Below, piece after piece: positions 48,498 through 59,466 of a stretch of 64,000 nt of DNA (position 1 is its first letter; each line of letters begins with the position of its first letter). Under the pieces are notes generated by a model, which had not been told where the DNA came from, searched no databases, and was given only the letters and a program-made list of their open reading frames with translations. The translations under genes were made by a program, and so were the position numbers. The stretch comes from Patescibacteria group bacterium. GTDB taxonomy: Bacteria > Patescibacteriota > Patescibacteriia > UBA10025 > JAHIVO01. The DNA is taken from positions 19,244 to 83,243 of the forward strand of contig JAQULM010000001.1 in assembly GCA_028718605.1 (NCBI GenBank), read 5' to 3'.

Positions 48498-49454
48498 ATG
48501 AAAATCCAAAAGTTTGCAATAATTGGTGTTGCCGGATATATTGCACCACGTCATCTCAAAGCAATAAAGGATACGAATAATACTTTAGTCGCCGCACTTG
48601 ATCCCCATGATTCAGTAGGAATACTTGATTCATTCTTTCCTGATACTCAGTTTTTTACTGAATTCGAACGTTTTGAGCGTCACGTTGAAAAATTGAAACG
48701 AGAACATAAAGGCAATGAAGTCGACTATGTTTCGATTTGCTCACCAAACTATTTACATGATTCACATGTACGTTTTGCACTTCGTGTTGGGGCTCATGCT
48801 ATTTGTGAGAAACCGCTTGTTCTTAACCCGTGGAATGTTGACGCACTTGCAGATATTGAGAAGGAAACAGGAAAACGAATTTATTCAATTTTGCAACTTC
48901 GCGTATATCCTGTATTTAAACATTTAAAAAAGAAATTTCAAAATGATAAATCAAAAGTAAAACATAATGTCATTTTGACATATATTACTTCCCGTGGTTC
49001 GTGGTACCATACATCATGGAAGGGTCAGTTTGAAAAATCAGGTGGACTCGCAACGAATATTGGAATTCATTTCTTTGATTTGTTGATCTGGTTATTCGGT
49101 AATGTGATAAGTGTTGAAGTTCATTGTAATACCCCTGAACGAATATGTGGATTTCTTGAATTAAAACATGCCAGAGTAACATGGTTTCTCTCTATTGATC
49201 ATCACAATCTACCATCAAAAGCAATTGAAAAGCATACACGCACATATCGCTCATTGATTATTGATGGTCAGGAAGTCGAATTTTCTGAAAGTTTTACAGA
49301 TTTACATACGATCGTATACCAGGAAATTCTAAAAGACCGCGGTTTTAGCCTCTCTGATATTAGACCATCAATCGCACTTGCACATGAAATACGCACAGCC
49401 AAACAGTATATCAATACTACCAACATTCATCCTCTCGGAAAACGTTATGTATAA
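48498..49454 (+). CDS. wbpB: UDP-GlcNAcA 3-dehydrogenase (WbpB/WlbA, Gfo/Idh/MocA family)
   Basis: IGVAGYIAPRHLKAI, ICSPNYLHDSH, CEKPLVLNP, SWKG..KSGGLATNIGIHFFD and FTDLH. Confidence 0.9.
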   Translation: MKIQKFAIIGVAGYIAPRHLKAIKDTNNTLVAALDPHDSVGILDSFFPDTQFFTEFERFERHVEKLKREHKGNEVDYVSICSPNYLHDSHVRFALRVGAHAICEKPLVLNPWNVDALADIEKETGKRIYSILQLRVYPVFKHLKKKFQNDKSKVKHNVILTYITSRGSWYHTSWKGQFEKSGGLATNIGIHFFDLLIWLFGNVISVEVHCNTPERICGFLELKHARVTWFLSIDHHNLPSKAIEKHTRTYRSLIIDGQEVEFSESFTDLHTIVYQEILKDRGFSLSDIRPSIALAHEIRTAKQYINTTNIHPLGKRYV

Positions 49455-49466
49455 ATCCAAAAAAGT

Positions 49467-50678
49467 ATGAATCTTTGTATATTCGAAGACGAGGCTTCAA
49501 ACAAATTCTTCCCCCTTTCTCTTACACGACCAGTATATGAACTTCGAATTGGGTTATTCACTTTTGAAGAACGCATTCGGTTACTTTGCAAAACATCAAC
49601 ATGTTTTTATTATTCTCGTCCTCAATTTAAAAATGTTATCCGATCATGTGGAAAAAAAATATTTTCACCAACAGTACCATTAAAGTATTGCATATTTATT
49701 AATGGGCGCATTTTGCCAAGTAAACATTTTATTGCAAAATTACAAAAAATAAAAAATGATACCTTATTTATATCGAACAAAGAATTGGTTGGAGCGGTTT
49801 TAACAGGCTCGAAAATTAAATTAGCATTTACGCAGCTCTTCTGGCAAAAACGAATTGCGGGTGCAAAAAAAATATTTATTAATGAAAAAACAATATCGAG
49901 TATTTGGCAAATAGTTAAGGATAACGATGTAGTAATTGAACAAGATAGACATTTTTTAAAAAACAGCGCACACCATTCTAATACTATATTTGAAGGTGCG
50001 CATCTCCTTAATCAAAAAAATATATATATTGGTTCACGATCTATTGTGTATCCCTCAACAGTCATTGATGCACAAAACGGTTTTGTTTACATTGGAAATA
50101 GTGTAACAATTCATTCAAATTGTAGTATTAAAGGCCCATGTGCAATTTTAAGCGGTTCAACAATTAATTCAAATGCTGTTATAGGACCCGGGACATCAAT
50201 TGGTCCAAAATCAAAAATTGGTGGTGAAGTCACCCATACGATTATTCAAGGATATACGAATAAACAACATGAAGGATTTCTTGGACACTCATATATTGGT
50301 TCGTGGTGTAACATTGGCGCTGGCTCATCTAACAGTGACTTAAAAAATAACTATGGATCTGTATCTGTATTATTGGATAGAATAGAATATAATACTCACC
50401 AGCAATTTGTTGGTCTGTTTATGGGTGACCATAGTAAGGCAGGCATCGGCACGCTGTTTAATACCGGTACAGTCGTTGGTATTGGTGTAAACGTATTTGG
50501 TGGCGGTATTACACCAAAATATATTCCATCATTCTCTTGGCTTAATCTACGTGGAACACGCGAGAAATATAAGTTTGATAAATTTATTAAGACAGCCAGA
50601 ATTGTTCAAAAACGCCGTGGAATAACTCTATCGGCTGCGGAAACTTCACTTCTCAAGAAAATTGCAAAAGTCACATAA
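49467..50678 (+). CDS. GlmU-related putative sugar-phosphate nucleotidyl/acyltransferase (Bacteroidota-type)
   Basis: FED...FPLSLTRPVYELRIG, INGR, hexapeptide repeats, NKQHEGFLGHSYIGSWCNIGAG..NSDLKNNY and GDHSK. Confidence 0.85.
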   Translation: MNLCIFEDEASNKFFPLSLTRPVYELRIGLFTFEERIRLLCKTSTCFYYSRPQFKNVIRSCGKKIFSPTVPLKYCIFINGRILPSKHFIAKLQKIKNDTLFISNKELVGAVLTGSKIKLAFTQLFWQKRIAGAKKIFINEKTISSIWQIVKDNDVVIEQDRHFLKNSAHHSNTIFEGAHLLNQKNIYIGSRSIVYPSTVIDAQNGFVYIGNSVTIHSNCSIKGPCAILSGSTINSNAVIGPGTSIGPKSKIGGEVTHTIIQGYTNKQHEGFLGHSYIGSWCNIGAGSSNSDLKNNYGSVSVLLDRIEYNTHQQFVGLFMGDHSKAGIGTLFNTGTVVGIGVNVFGGGITPKYIPSFSWLNLRGTREKYKFDKFIKTARIVQKRRGITLSAAETSLLKKIAKVT

Positions 50679-50711
50679 TCGCCATAAGATCAAATCTCAC
50701 ATGTTATCTCA

Positions 50712-50740
50712 TTGTCAGATGGTCTGATTTTTGATATACT
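50712..50740 (+). promoter_or_regulatory. Internal promoter upstream of wbpD
   Basis: TTGTCA-N17-TATACT with extended TG; the track's TTG start coincides with this -35 box. Confidence 0.6.
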
Positions 50741-50783
50741 TCAGAAGAATCTGTCTTTTTATCATTACATTTATTCTATTGCT

Positions 50784-51368
50784 ATGCGAGCAAAAGGGGG
50801 AAAAAAATATTACGTCCATCCGACATCAATCATTGATTATGGCGTAAAAATTGGCAACAAAACTAAAATCTGGCATTTTTGCCACATAATGGCTGGTGCT
50901 CGAATTGGACATAACTGCTCTTTAGGTCAGAATGTTTATGTAGGAGGTAAAGCTGTAATTGGTAACTATGTCCGTATTCAAAATAACGTTTCTGTATATG
51001 ACGAAGTTGTTTTGAAGGATTATGTATTTTGTGGACCATCTACGGTTTTTACAAATGATGTAAATCCACGTTCCAAATATCCAAAACATGGTCATTATGT
51101 GTCAACTTTAGTTAAGGAGGGTGCGAGTATTGGGGCCAATGCGACTATTATTTGTGGAACAATAATTGGTGAGCATGCGTTCGTTGGGGCTGGTTCGGTT
51201 GTAACAAGGAATGTATTGAACTATTCAATCGTATACGGGAATCCTGCTCGACAACATGGTTGGATGTGTGAGTGTGGAGAAAAATTACAGTTTGACCAAA
51301 AAACAATGCAATGTTCAAAATGTCATATAAAATACAGAAAATCTCATGATAAGATAATTAAATTATAA
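50784..51368 (+). CDS. wbpD: UDP-GlcNAc3NA N-acetyltransferase (WbpD/WlbB)
   Basis: [37 protein letters not shown] and GWMCECG. Confidence 0.9.
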   Translation: MRAKGGKKYYVHPTSIIDYGVKIGNKTKIWHFCHIMAGARIGHNCSLGQNVYVGGKAVIGNYVRIQNNVSVYDEVVLKDYVFCGPSTVFTNDVNPRSKYPKHGHYVSTLVKEGASIGANATIICGTIIGEHAFVGAGSVVTRNVLNYSIVYGNPARQHGWMCECGEKLQFDQKTMQCSKCHIKYRKSHDKIIKL

Positions 51369-51370
51369 GA

Positions 51371-52474
51371 ATGGAATTTTTGGACCTGAAGCTTCAATAT
51401 AAAAATATTCAAAAAGATATTGATACGGCAATAAAAGGAATATTAAATTCTTGTGTTTTTATCATGGGAAAGGCTGTCACCGATCTTGAGGAAAAAATCG
51501 CTGCTTATTGCAATGTTAAATATGGAATTGGCTTAAATTCAGGCAGTGATGCTTTGTTTGTTGCATTAAAGGCATTAAATATCGGGGAGGGTGATGAAGT
51601 TATAACTACTCCTTTTACTTTTGTTTCTACGGCCGAGGCTATTGTTTTAGTGGGTGCAAAACCCGTTTTTGTTGATATCGATTTAAAAACATTTAACATT
51701 GATCCTAATAAAATTGAAAAAAAAATTACAAATAAAACTCGAGCTATTATTCTTGTGCATTTATACGGTCAACCTGCCGATATGGATCCAATTTTGAAAA
51801 TAACTAAAAAATATAAATTATATGTGATCGAGGATGCAGCTCAAGCTTTGGGTGCAAAATATAATAGACGACAAGTTTGTTCATTTGGTGACGTCGGTTG
51901 TCTTTCATTTTTTCCATCAAAAAATTTCGGGGCTTATGGCGATGGAGGCATGCTAGTAACTAATAATAAAAAAATTGCTAATTATGCAAAAATGTGGCGA
52001 GTCCATGGTGCTAAAAAAAAATATCTTCACAAATTTATCGGAGATAACTCTCGCTTAGATAATATACAAGCAGCAATTTTGCTGGTTAAATTAAAATATT
52101 TAAATAAATGGAATAACTTGCGCACTAAAAAAGCACTATTATATACTCAAATGCTTAATAATCCAGGCGTGATAACTCCATATATTAACCCAAAATGTAC
52201 TCATATATATCATCAATATACTATTATTGTTAGAAAAAGACGAAATGAATTAGTTCATTATCTTAAGCAATGTGGAATACCTTCAATTATCTACTATCCC
52301 CTCCCTCTTCATTTACAACCCGCTTTTAAGTATTTAAAATATTCAGCAGGTGATTTCCCAATGGCTGAACAGGCGAGTCAACAAGTACTCTCATTACCAA
52401 TATATCCTGAGATTTCGACCGAAAATCAGAAAAAAATAGTAAATAGAATCGAATGTTTTTTAAATAAAAAATAA
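51371..52474 (+). CDS. wbpE: DegT/DnrJ aminotransferase (WbpE/WlbC-like)
   Basis: FLDLKLQY, EDAAQA, SFFPSKNFGAYGDGG and NSRLD; adjacent to wbpB/wbpD. Confidence 0.8.
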   Translation: MEFLDLKLQYKNIQKDIDTAIKGILNSCVFIMGKAVTDLEEKIAAYCNVKYGIGLNSGSDALFVALKALNIGEGDEVITTPFTFVSTAEAIVLVGAKPVFVDIDLKTFNIDPNKIEKKITNKTRAIILVHLYGQPADMDPILKITKKYKLYVIEDAAQALGAKYNRRQVCSFGDVGCLSFFPSKNFGAYGDGGMLVTNNKKIANYAKMWRVHGAKKKYLHKFIGDNSRLDNIQAAILLVKLKYLNKWNNLRTKKALLYTQMLNNPGVITPYINPKCTHIYHQYTIIVRKRRNELVHYLKQCGIPSIIYYPLPLHLQPAFKYLKYSAGDFPMAEQASQQVLSLPIYPEISTENQKKIVNRIECFLNKK

Positions 52475-52498
52475 ACATTGAAAATAATAAATTAAGAT

Positions 52499-53215
52499 AT
52501 GATAAATCATAAAAAAATTTTGGCCGTTATACCAGCGCGCGGCGGTTCGAAACGCATACCCCATAAAAATATTCGGTTATTGGGAGGAAAACCATTAATT
52601 TCATATTCAATTAAGGCTACTCGACAATCCAAACTTGTTGACTTAACTATTGTCTCAACAGACGACCAAAACATATCAATGATTGCTAAGAAAAATGGTG
52701 CGGAAGTGCCATTTATCAGACCATCCAAGCTAGCAACAAGCAAGTCGAAAACCATTGATGTGTTAATTCATGCAGTTAATTTTATTGAGCGCCATAACAA
52801 GAAAATATTTGATATCATCGCTCTTATTCAGCCAACGTCTCCTTTTATTCTTCCCGAAGATATCGATCGAGCAATTGAGAATTTAGAAAAAACAAATGCG
52901 AATTGTTGTATATCTTTATGTGAAATTAGTGAAAGGCCGGAATGGATGTATAGAGTAAATAATAATAAAGTTTTTCCATTTGGTACTCGAATACATAATA
53001 TTAATAAACGTAGCCAGGATTTAAAAAAAATATTTCGTATCAACGGTGCTGCATATATTATTAGAAGGGAAATACTTTTAAATAAAAAAATGATTATAGA
53101 TGAGAATAATCTTACAGCAATTATTATGCCGCGTGAGCGTTCTATAGACATTGATGAATTAATTGATCTTCAACTTGCTGAAATAATTTTGAAAAATAAT
53201 TTTATTGACCAATAA
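52499..53215 (+). CDS. neuA: CMP-nonulosonic acid synthetase (NeuA/LegF-like)
   Basis: IPARGGSKRIPHKN, VSTD, QPTSP, RSQDL, NGAAY and SIDID. Confidence 0.9.
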   Translation: MINHKKILAVIPARGGSKRIPHKNIRLLGGKPLISYSIKATRQSKLVDLTIVSTDDQNISMIAKKNGAEVPFIRPSKLATSKSKTIDVLIHAVNFIERHNKKIFDIIALIQPTSPFILPEDIDRAIENLEKTNANCCISLCEISERPEWMYRVNNNKVFPFGTRIHNINKRSQDLKKIFRINGAAYIIRREILLNKKMIIDENNLTAIIMPRERSIDIDELIDLQLAEIILKNNFIDQ

Positions 53216-54275
53216 AAAAATTGTGAAAATAATAATTGAAGGCAAACCCATTAGTTATAAGGATAATCCTTTTATCATCGCTGAGGCTGGTGTTAATCAT
53301 AACGGTAATCTTAATCTTGCCTTAAAACTTGTTGATGCAGCAGCAAATGCCGGTGCCGATGCTGTAAAATTTCAAACATTCAAAGCAAATCAAGTTGTGA
53401 TAAATAATACAGAAATGGCAGAATATCAAAAAAGAAACACTAAAATTACGCAAAATCAGCAAGAAATGCTAAAAAAAATAGAACTTAAGGAAAACTTTTA
53501 TTATCCAATTATTCACCGGTGTAAAAAAAGGAAGATAACCTTTCTCTCAACACCTCATGGAGGGTTTGAAAGTATTAAATTTTTGCAAAAGTTAAATATT
53601 CCAGCCATTAAATTTGGTTCTGGTGATTTAACAAATTTTCCTGTTCTTGAATATGCTGCTAAGCTTGGCCTACCTATAATTTTAAGTACAGGCATGGCTA
53701 CACTTAAAGAAGTAAGACGGGCTATAAATGTAATAAAAAAGACTCATAACAAAAAGATTATAGTCCTCCAGGCTACAACTAATTATCCTTGTCCGTTGAA
53801 TGAGGTTAATCTCAATGCAATGCGAGCTATGATGAAAAAGTTAGATGTTTTAATTGGTTTATCTGACCATACTCTCGATATCGAAGTACCTATTATGGCT
53901 GCCACCCTCGGCGCATGTGTTATTGAAAAGCATTTTACTCTGGATAAAAAACTACCTGGTCCCGATCATAAAGCTTCTTTAGATCCGCATGAGCTTAAAA
54001 ATATGGTTAATAAAATTAAAAACATAAAAACTATTCTTGGTTCCTTTATTAAAAAACCTAGCAATAGTGAATTAAAAATGATGAGAGTGGTAAGAAAAAG
54101 TATTGTTTCGCTTAGTTCAATAAAAAAAGGAGAATTATTAACAACAAATAATATCGGTATAAAAAGACCCGGAAATGGTATTCAACCACGTTATTACTAT
54201 AAAATATTGGGTAAAAAAGCTAGTGTTAATATTAAGGCTGATGAATTAATTCAAAGAAGATATTATGACAAATAA
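53205..54275 (+). CDS. neuB: Nonulosonic acid synthase (NeuB/LegI-like) with SAF domain
   Basis: IIAEAGVNHNG, KFQTF, LSTGMA, GLSDHT, IEKHFTLD..GPDH and KRPGNG. Confidence 0.93.
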   Translation: MTNKKIVKIIIEGKPISYKDNPFIIAEAGVNHNGNLNLALKLVDAAANAGADAVKFQTFKANQVVINNTEMAEYQKRNTKITQNQQEMLKKIELKENFYYPIIHRCKKRKITFLSTPHGGFESIKFLQKLNIPAIKFGSGDLTNFPVLEYAAKLGLPIILSTGMATLKEVRRAINVIKKTHNKKIIVLQATTNYPCPLNEVNLNAMRAMMKKLDVLIGLSDHTLDIEVPIMAATLGACVIEKHFTLDKKLPGPDHKASLDPHELKNMVNKIKNIKTILGSFIKKPSNSELKMMRVVRKSIVSLSSIKKGELLTTNNIGIKRPGNGIQPRYYYKILGKKASVNIKADELIQRRYYDK

Positions 54276-55422
54276 AAAAAGAAAAATTGCATATATAACT
54301 GGAACGAGAGCCGATTTTGGATTAATGACATCTGTCCTCTCTGCAATTCAACAAAGTAAAAAACTGGAGCTCCAAATTTATATTACTGGTATGCATTTAA
54401 TGAAACAATTTGGAAATACAATTTCTGAAGTAAAAAAAGAATTTCCTCTGGCAAAAAAAATTAATGCCACTTTCCAAAAGGATAATCTAACTAGTATGGC
54501 TCAATTTACCGGCCAATTTCTTCAAAAGTTAATTAAGTTATTCATTGCAGATAAACCTGATTTTGTGCTGACTCTGGGTGATCGCGCAGAAATGATATGT
54601 ACGGCATTAGCTTGTTCATATCTCAATATTCCAACTGGTCAATTGCACGGAGGAGAAAAATCTTCAACTGTTGATGAAACTGTACGTCACGCTATTACAA
54701 AACTATCCCATCTTCATTTTCCGGCTACAAGAGTGTCAGCAAAACGTATTGAGCAAATGGGTGAAGAAAAATGGCGGATTCATGTCGTTGGAGCTCCGGC
54801 ACTTGATGTAATTTTAAATCAAAAATTACCTACGAGGAAAGAATTGTTCGAAAAATTAAAAATTAATACAAATCAGAAAATTATTTTAGTAACACAACAT
54901 CCTGTTAGCGGTGAATGGCATCGTTCAACGCAACAAATGAAAGAAACTCTAAAAGCAGTTAAATTTCTTCAGCTACCCGTTATTGTGACTTTCCCAAATG
55001 CGGATGCTGGCGGACGTGCTATGATAAAAGAAATACGTAAAGAAGGTAAAAATCCGCTTTTTCATATATTTCCCAATATTGAATATAAGTACTTTTTAGC
55101 CCTTGAGCGTGAAGTCTCTGTGTGGGTTGGGAATAGTAGTGGAGCCATGATTGAATCATCTGCTTTTCATCTTCCTGTGGTTAATATTGGTACACGTCAA
55201 TTTGGTCGTCAACGAGGTGCAAATGTTATTGATGTCGGTTATTTAAGAAAAGAAATTACTAAAGCAATTAATAAATCACTTAATGATAAAGTATATTTAG
55301 AAAAAATTGCAAAAAGTAAAAGTCCATGGGGTGATGGTAAAACTAGTCAAAGGGTTGTAAAAATACTAGAAAAGCTTCATATTGATTCCAAACTAGTTAA
55401 TAAACAATTAACGTATGTCTAA
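54265..55422 (+). CDS. neuC: Hydrolysing UDP-sugar 2-epimerase (NeuC/LegG-like)
   Basis: TGTRADFG, TGMHL, LGDRAE, HGGE, RHAITKLSHLHF and GNSS. Confidence 0.92.
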   Translation: MTNKKRKIAYITGTRADFGLMTSVLSAIQQSKKLELQIYITGMHLMKQFGNTISEVKKEFPLAKKINATFQKDNLTSMAQFTGQFLQKLIKLFIADKPDFVLTLGDRAEMICTALACSYLNIPTGQLHGGEKSSTVDETVRHAITKLSHLHFPATRVSAKRIEQMGEEKWRIHVVGAPALDVILNQKLPTRKELFEKLKINTNQKIILVTQHPVSGEWHRSTQQMKETLKAVKFLQLPVIVTFPNADAGGRAMIKEIRKEGKNPLFHIFPNIEYKYFLALEREVSVWVGNSSGAMIESSAFHLPVVNIGTRQFGRQRGANVIDVGYLRKEITKAINKSLNDKVYLEKIAKSKSPWGDGKTSQRVVKILEKLHIDSKLVNKQLTYV

Positions 55423-56047
55423 AAAGGTTATTATTATTGGCGCTGGCGAAAACGGATATGTTATTGCCAATACTTTAAAAAAAAGATATACAATTGTAGG
55501 CTTTTTAGATGATATAAAAAGAGGAAAAGATATCATTGGACACACAAATGATTATAAAAAATATATAAAAAAGTTTTATTATTTTATTAGTATCGGAAAT
55601 AATCAAAATAGGAAAATCATTTATCTTAAATTAAAAAAAGATGGTGTACGTTTTGTTAATGCCATACATGAAACATCTTTTTGTGAAAAAAATGTTACAT
55701 TTGGTGATAATATTTTTATAGGTGCAAATTGTTATATAAATATTCGTTCAAAAATTGGTAATAATGTTTTCATAAATAATGGGTGCCTTATAGAACATGA
55801 TAATAGTATTGGCGATCACAGTCATCTTACTCCTATGGTAGTTACGGGCGGTGGAGTTTATATTGGTGAAAAAGCGTTTATAGGTCTTGGTGCAGTCATT
55901 AATGACCATATTAAAATAGGCAATAATGTAACGATAGGCTCTGGGTCAGTAGTTGTTGATAATATTTGCTCGAATTCAACAGCAGTGGGTATCCCTGCAA
56001 AAATTATTAAATTTAAAAAAAATGTTAAAGGAATATCACCTTTCTAA
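55415..56047 (+). CDS. NeuD/PglD/LegH-family hexapeptide acetyltransferase
   Basis: IIGAG, GFLDD, IGNN..R, IEHD catalytic motif and GIPAK. Confidence 0.9.
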   Translation: MSKKVIIIGAGENGYVIANTLKKRYTIVGFLDDIKRGKDIIGHTNDYKKYIKKFYYFISIGNNQNRKIIYLKLKKDGVRFVNAIHETSFCEKNVTFGDNIFIGANCYINIRSKIGNNVFINNGCLIEHDNSIGDHSHLTPMVVTGGGVYIGEKAFIGLGAVINDHIKIGNNVTIGSGSVVVDNICSNSTAVGIPAKIIKFKKNVKGISPF

Positions 56048-57143
56048 GCCATTTATCACAAATCAGGAAAAACGAGCTGTTACTGAGGTATTAAATTCAG
56101 GTCAACTTAGTCTTGGTTCGAAATATAAAAAATTTGAAAAAATGTTTTCTAAAAAAATAGGAACCAAGTACGCATGTTGTGTCAGTAGCGGTACGGCTGG
56201 TTTACATTTAGCTATGATTGCTACAGGGATAAAGCAAGGCGACGAAGTAATTACAACGCCCTTTTCTTTTATCGCATCTGCAAATTGTATTTTATATGTC
56301 GGTGCGAAACCTGTTTTTTGCGATATAGATCCGTTAACTTATAACATCGATCCCAAAGAAATCGAAGATAAAATTACTAAAAAAACAAAGGCTATACTGG
56401 TCGTTCATATTTTTGGACAATCATCAGACATGACCCCAATAATGAAGTTAGCAAAACGATACAAATTAAAAGTAATTGAAGATGCCTGTGAGTCAATAGA
56501 TGCAACTTATAAAGGAAAAAAGGTTGGAACATTTGGCGAGCTAGGCGTTTTTGCTTTTTATCCTAATAAACAGATGACCACTGGTGAAGGAGGAATGATA
56601 GTAACTAATAATAAAAAAATATACCAACTATGTTGCAGTTTGAGAAATCAAGGTCGTGCAGAGAGTATGGATTGGCTTGATCATAAATACTTAGGTTATA
56701 ACTATCGTATAGATGAAATGAGCGCTGCAATCGGTATTGCTCAACTAAAAAAACTTAATTTTTTAATAAAGCAAAGGCGTACGATTGCAAATTATTATTC
56801 TCACTTCTTAAAAAAATATTCGAAAGATATCCAAGTTCCTTTCATACATAAGCATAATACTCATACATGGTTTGTTTATGTTATTAAGTTGTTGAATACC
56901 AAAATTAATAGGGATAAATTGATTTTACAACTGAAAAAACAAGGAATTCACACTAAGGCCTATCTTCCGTCTATTCATTTATTTGAATTTTATCAGAAAA
57001 AATATAATTATAAAAAAGGAATTTTCCCAATTTCAGAAAATACCAGTAGGTATTCTTTAGCTCTTCCATTCTATATAGGATTATCTAAAAGTGATGTTAA
57101 ATTTATTATTAATAAACTAATTAAGGCTATAAAATATGCTTAA
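56022..57143 (+). CDS. DegT/DnrJ aminotransferase (LegC/PglE-like role)
   Basis: SSGTAGLHL, EDACE, AFYPNKQMTTGEGG and GYNYR; ATG 56022 preferred. Confidence 0.88.
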   Translation: MLKEYHLSKPFITNQEKRAVTEVLNSGQLSLGSKYKKFEKMFSKKIGTKYACCVSSGTAGLHLAMIATGIKQGDEVITTPFSFIASANCILYVGAKPVFCDIDPLTYNIDPKEIEDKITKKTKAILVVHIFGQSSDMTPIMKLAKRYKLKVIEDACESIDATYKGKKVGTFGELGVFAFYPNKQMTTGEGGMIVTNNKKIYQLCCSLRNQGRAESMDWLDHKYLGYNYRIDEMSAAIGIAQLKKLNFLIKQRRTIANYYSHFLKKYSKDIQVPFIHKHNTHTWFVYVIKLLNTKINRDKLILQLKKQGIHTKAYLPSIHLFEFYQKKYNYKKGIFPISENTSRYSLALPFYIGLSKSDVKFIINKLIKAIKYA

Positions 57144-58131
57144 TGTTTTTAAAAACAAAATACTCGCCGTTACGGGTGGAACGGGTAGCATAGGTTCTGA
57201 ACTAGTAAAACATTTGCTCGTTTATAAACCGAAACAAATAAGGATTATCTCAAGAGATGACAGTAGACAATATTATCTCAAGGAAGAACTCAATAGTCCG
57301 TCCAATGTAAGGTTTTTAATCGGCGATATAAGGGACATAAATCGTCTTGATTTTGGTTTTCAAAACGTAGATATTGTTTTTCATGCCGCGGCACTGAAGC
57401 ATGTTCCTCTCTGCGAGTATAATCCCTTTGAGGCTATTAAAACCAATATAATGGGCACCCAAAATGTAATTGAAGCCGCATTGCACAATCATGTTAAAAA
57501 AGTAATTGCTATTTCTACAGATAAAGCAGTCAATCCAACTAATATTATGGGTACCTCAAAATTAATGATGGAAAAGCAGTTCATTAATGCTAATTATTAT
57601 ATTGGCAATGCTAAGACAAAATTTTCTTGTGTCAGATTTGGTAATGTTGCGTGGGCGCGCGGGTCAGTACTGCCACTATGGAAAAAACAAGCCGATAGAG
57701 ATGGGGTAATAAAAATTACCAACCCAGAAATGACAAGATTTTTCATGTCAATAAATGAAGCTGTTCAACTTGTTTTACAAACAGTTCATCTTACTAAAGG
57801 CGGCGAGATTTTTATTCTCAAAATGCCATCTATTAAAATTAATGATTTAGCAAAACTATTCGTTAAGAAATACTATTCAAATAAACCTATCAAAATTAAA
57901 ATAATCGGTAAGCGTCCTGGTGAAAAAAAACACGAGAAGCTACTTGATGGTAGTGATCAGTTAAAAACAATCTTTGAAAATAAGACGATGCTAATTGTAA
58001 TTCCAGAAATTCAAATATATGGATTGAGGAAGCTACATTATCAATATCCTCATTTAAGAACAAACAAAAAAATAAACAGCTTTTGTTCAAAAGATTACAT
58101 AAGCACTCAAAAAGTCAATGCAATCATATAA
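57136..58131 (+). CDS. UDP-GlcNAc 4,6-dehydratase (Polysacc_synt_2; soluble CapD/PglF-like)
   Basis: TGGTGSIG, HAAALKHVP, STDKAVNP..MGTSK, VRFGNV, MTRF and RPGEK. Confidence 0.9.
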   Translation: MLNVFKNKILAVTGGTGSIGSELVKHLLVYKPKQIRIISRDDSRQYYLKEELNSPSNVRFLIGDIRDINRLDFGFQNVDIVFHAAALKHVPLCEYNPFEAIKTNIMGTQNVIEAALHNHVKKVIAISTDKAVNPTNIMGTSKLMMEKQFINANYYIGNAKTKFSCVRFGNVAWARGSVLPLWKKQADRDGVIKITNPEMTRFFMSINEAVQLVLQTVHLTKGGEIFILKMPSIKINDLAKLFVKKYYSNKPIKIKIIGKRPGEKKHEKLLDGSDQLKTIFENKTMLIVIPEIQIYGLRKLHYQYPHLRTNKKINSFCSKDYISTQKVNAII

Positions 58132-59424
58132 ATGATTTTAATTGAAATATTCAAGCATAAACTTTTCAAACATTCCCTAATATATATAGCCACAAATATA
58201 ATAAATGCGGCTATACCTTTTTTAATATTACCAATATTAACAAGGTTACTCACACCGTCTGATTATGGCATTGTTTCTATGCTACAAATAGCTGAATCAG
58301 TATTAATTGTACTGGTCGGCCTTAATACTCACAATGCCATTACTGTTAATTATTATAAAATAGATAAGGAACAGCTGCGTATATATATAGGAAATGTATT
58401 GTTAATTCTTATTACGAGCTTGATGATTATTTTTATTGGAATCTATACTTTTTTACCAATACTCAATCATTATTTACAAATTCCTGACAAATGGTTGCTT
58501 GTCATTGTAGTAGTGGCATTTTTTCAATTTCTCATTACTGTTAATTTAGTACTATGGCGAGTAGAGCAAAAGCCAATTCCTTACGGAATTATGCAAATAT
58601 CGACAACATTACTTAATATAGCCCTATCATTAATGTTTGTAATAGCATTTCATTGGCAATGGCAGGGTAGAATTCTGGGCATAGTTTTTTCAACAATAAT
58701 TTTCGGAATAATTAGTTTGTATATTTTTTATAACAGAAAATATTTAAAAATTTCTATCAATTTAAAGTATATTAAAGATGCCCTAAAAATCGGTGTTCCT
58801 CTTATTCCTCATTCACTTGCCGGCTTAATTAATACATGGATTGATAGGATATTTATTACTATAATGCTAGGAATAAGTTTTACGGGTCTATATACAGTAG
58901 GGTATCAAGTAGGAATGGTAATTTTACTGATAGCTACTTCTTTTAATAATGCATGGGTACCTTTTCTTTTTCAAAAATTAAAAGAAAATAATTTTTTAAC
59001 AAAGATTAAAATAGTAAAATTTACCTATGTTTACTTTATTGGAATAATTGCATTGTCTTTAATTTTAGGTTTTATCGCTCCTTATATTTTTTCAATTTTT
59101 GTAGGGCCAAAATTTCAAACCGCGAGTAAATTTGTTATTTGGGTAGCGTTAGGTTATGCGTTTAATGGTATGTACTACATGATAACAAATTATATCTTTT
59201 ATGCTAAAAAAACATATATTTTAGCATGCGTTACGTTTTCTTCAGCTATTATTAATATCGCATTAAATTATTATTTAATCAAAGTTAATGGAGCACTTGG
59301 TGCGGCACAAGCAACTGCTATCTCCTATTTCATAGTATTTCTTGCTGTTTGGATACTTAGTGCTCGAACATATAAAATGCCTTGGAAATTATGGAAGGTA
59401 AAGTCCGAAAAATTAAATGGTTAA
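58132..59424 (+). CDS. wzx: Wzx-type oligosaccharide flippase
   Basis: LPILTRLLTPSDYG, PLIPH..DRIFI and GLYTVG..FNNAWVP; about 12 TM helices. Confidence 0.88.
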   Translation: MILIEIFKHKLFKHSLIYIATNIINAAIPFLILPILTRLLTPSDYGIVSMLQIAESVLIVLVGLNTHNAITVNYYKIDKEQLRIYIGNVLLILITSLMIIFIGIYTFLPILNHYLQIPDKWLLVIVVVAFFQFLITVNLVLWRVEQKPIPYGIMQISTTLLNIALSLMFVIAFHWQWQGRILGIVFSTIIFGIISLYIFYNRKYLKISINLKYIKDALKIGVPLIPHSLAGLINTWIDRIFITIMLGISFTGLYTVGYQVGMVILLIATSFNNAWVPFLFQKLKENNFLTKIKIVKFTYVYFIGIIALSLILGFIAPYIFSIFVGPKFQTASKFVIWVALGYAFNGMYYMITNYIFYAKKTYILACVTFSSAIINIALNYYLIKVNGALGAAQATAISYFIVFLAVWILSARTYKMPWKLWKVKSEKLNG

Positions 59425-59466
59425 TAAATTACCTAGTTCCTTTAATCATAAATTTTATATTATAAT

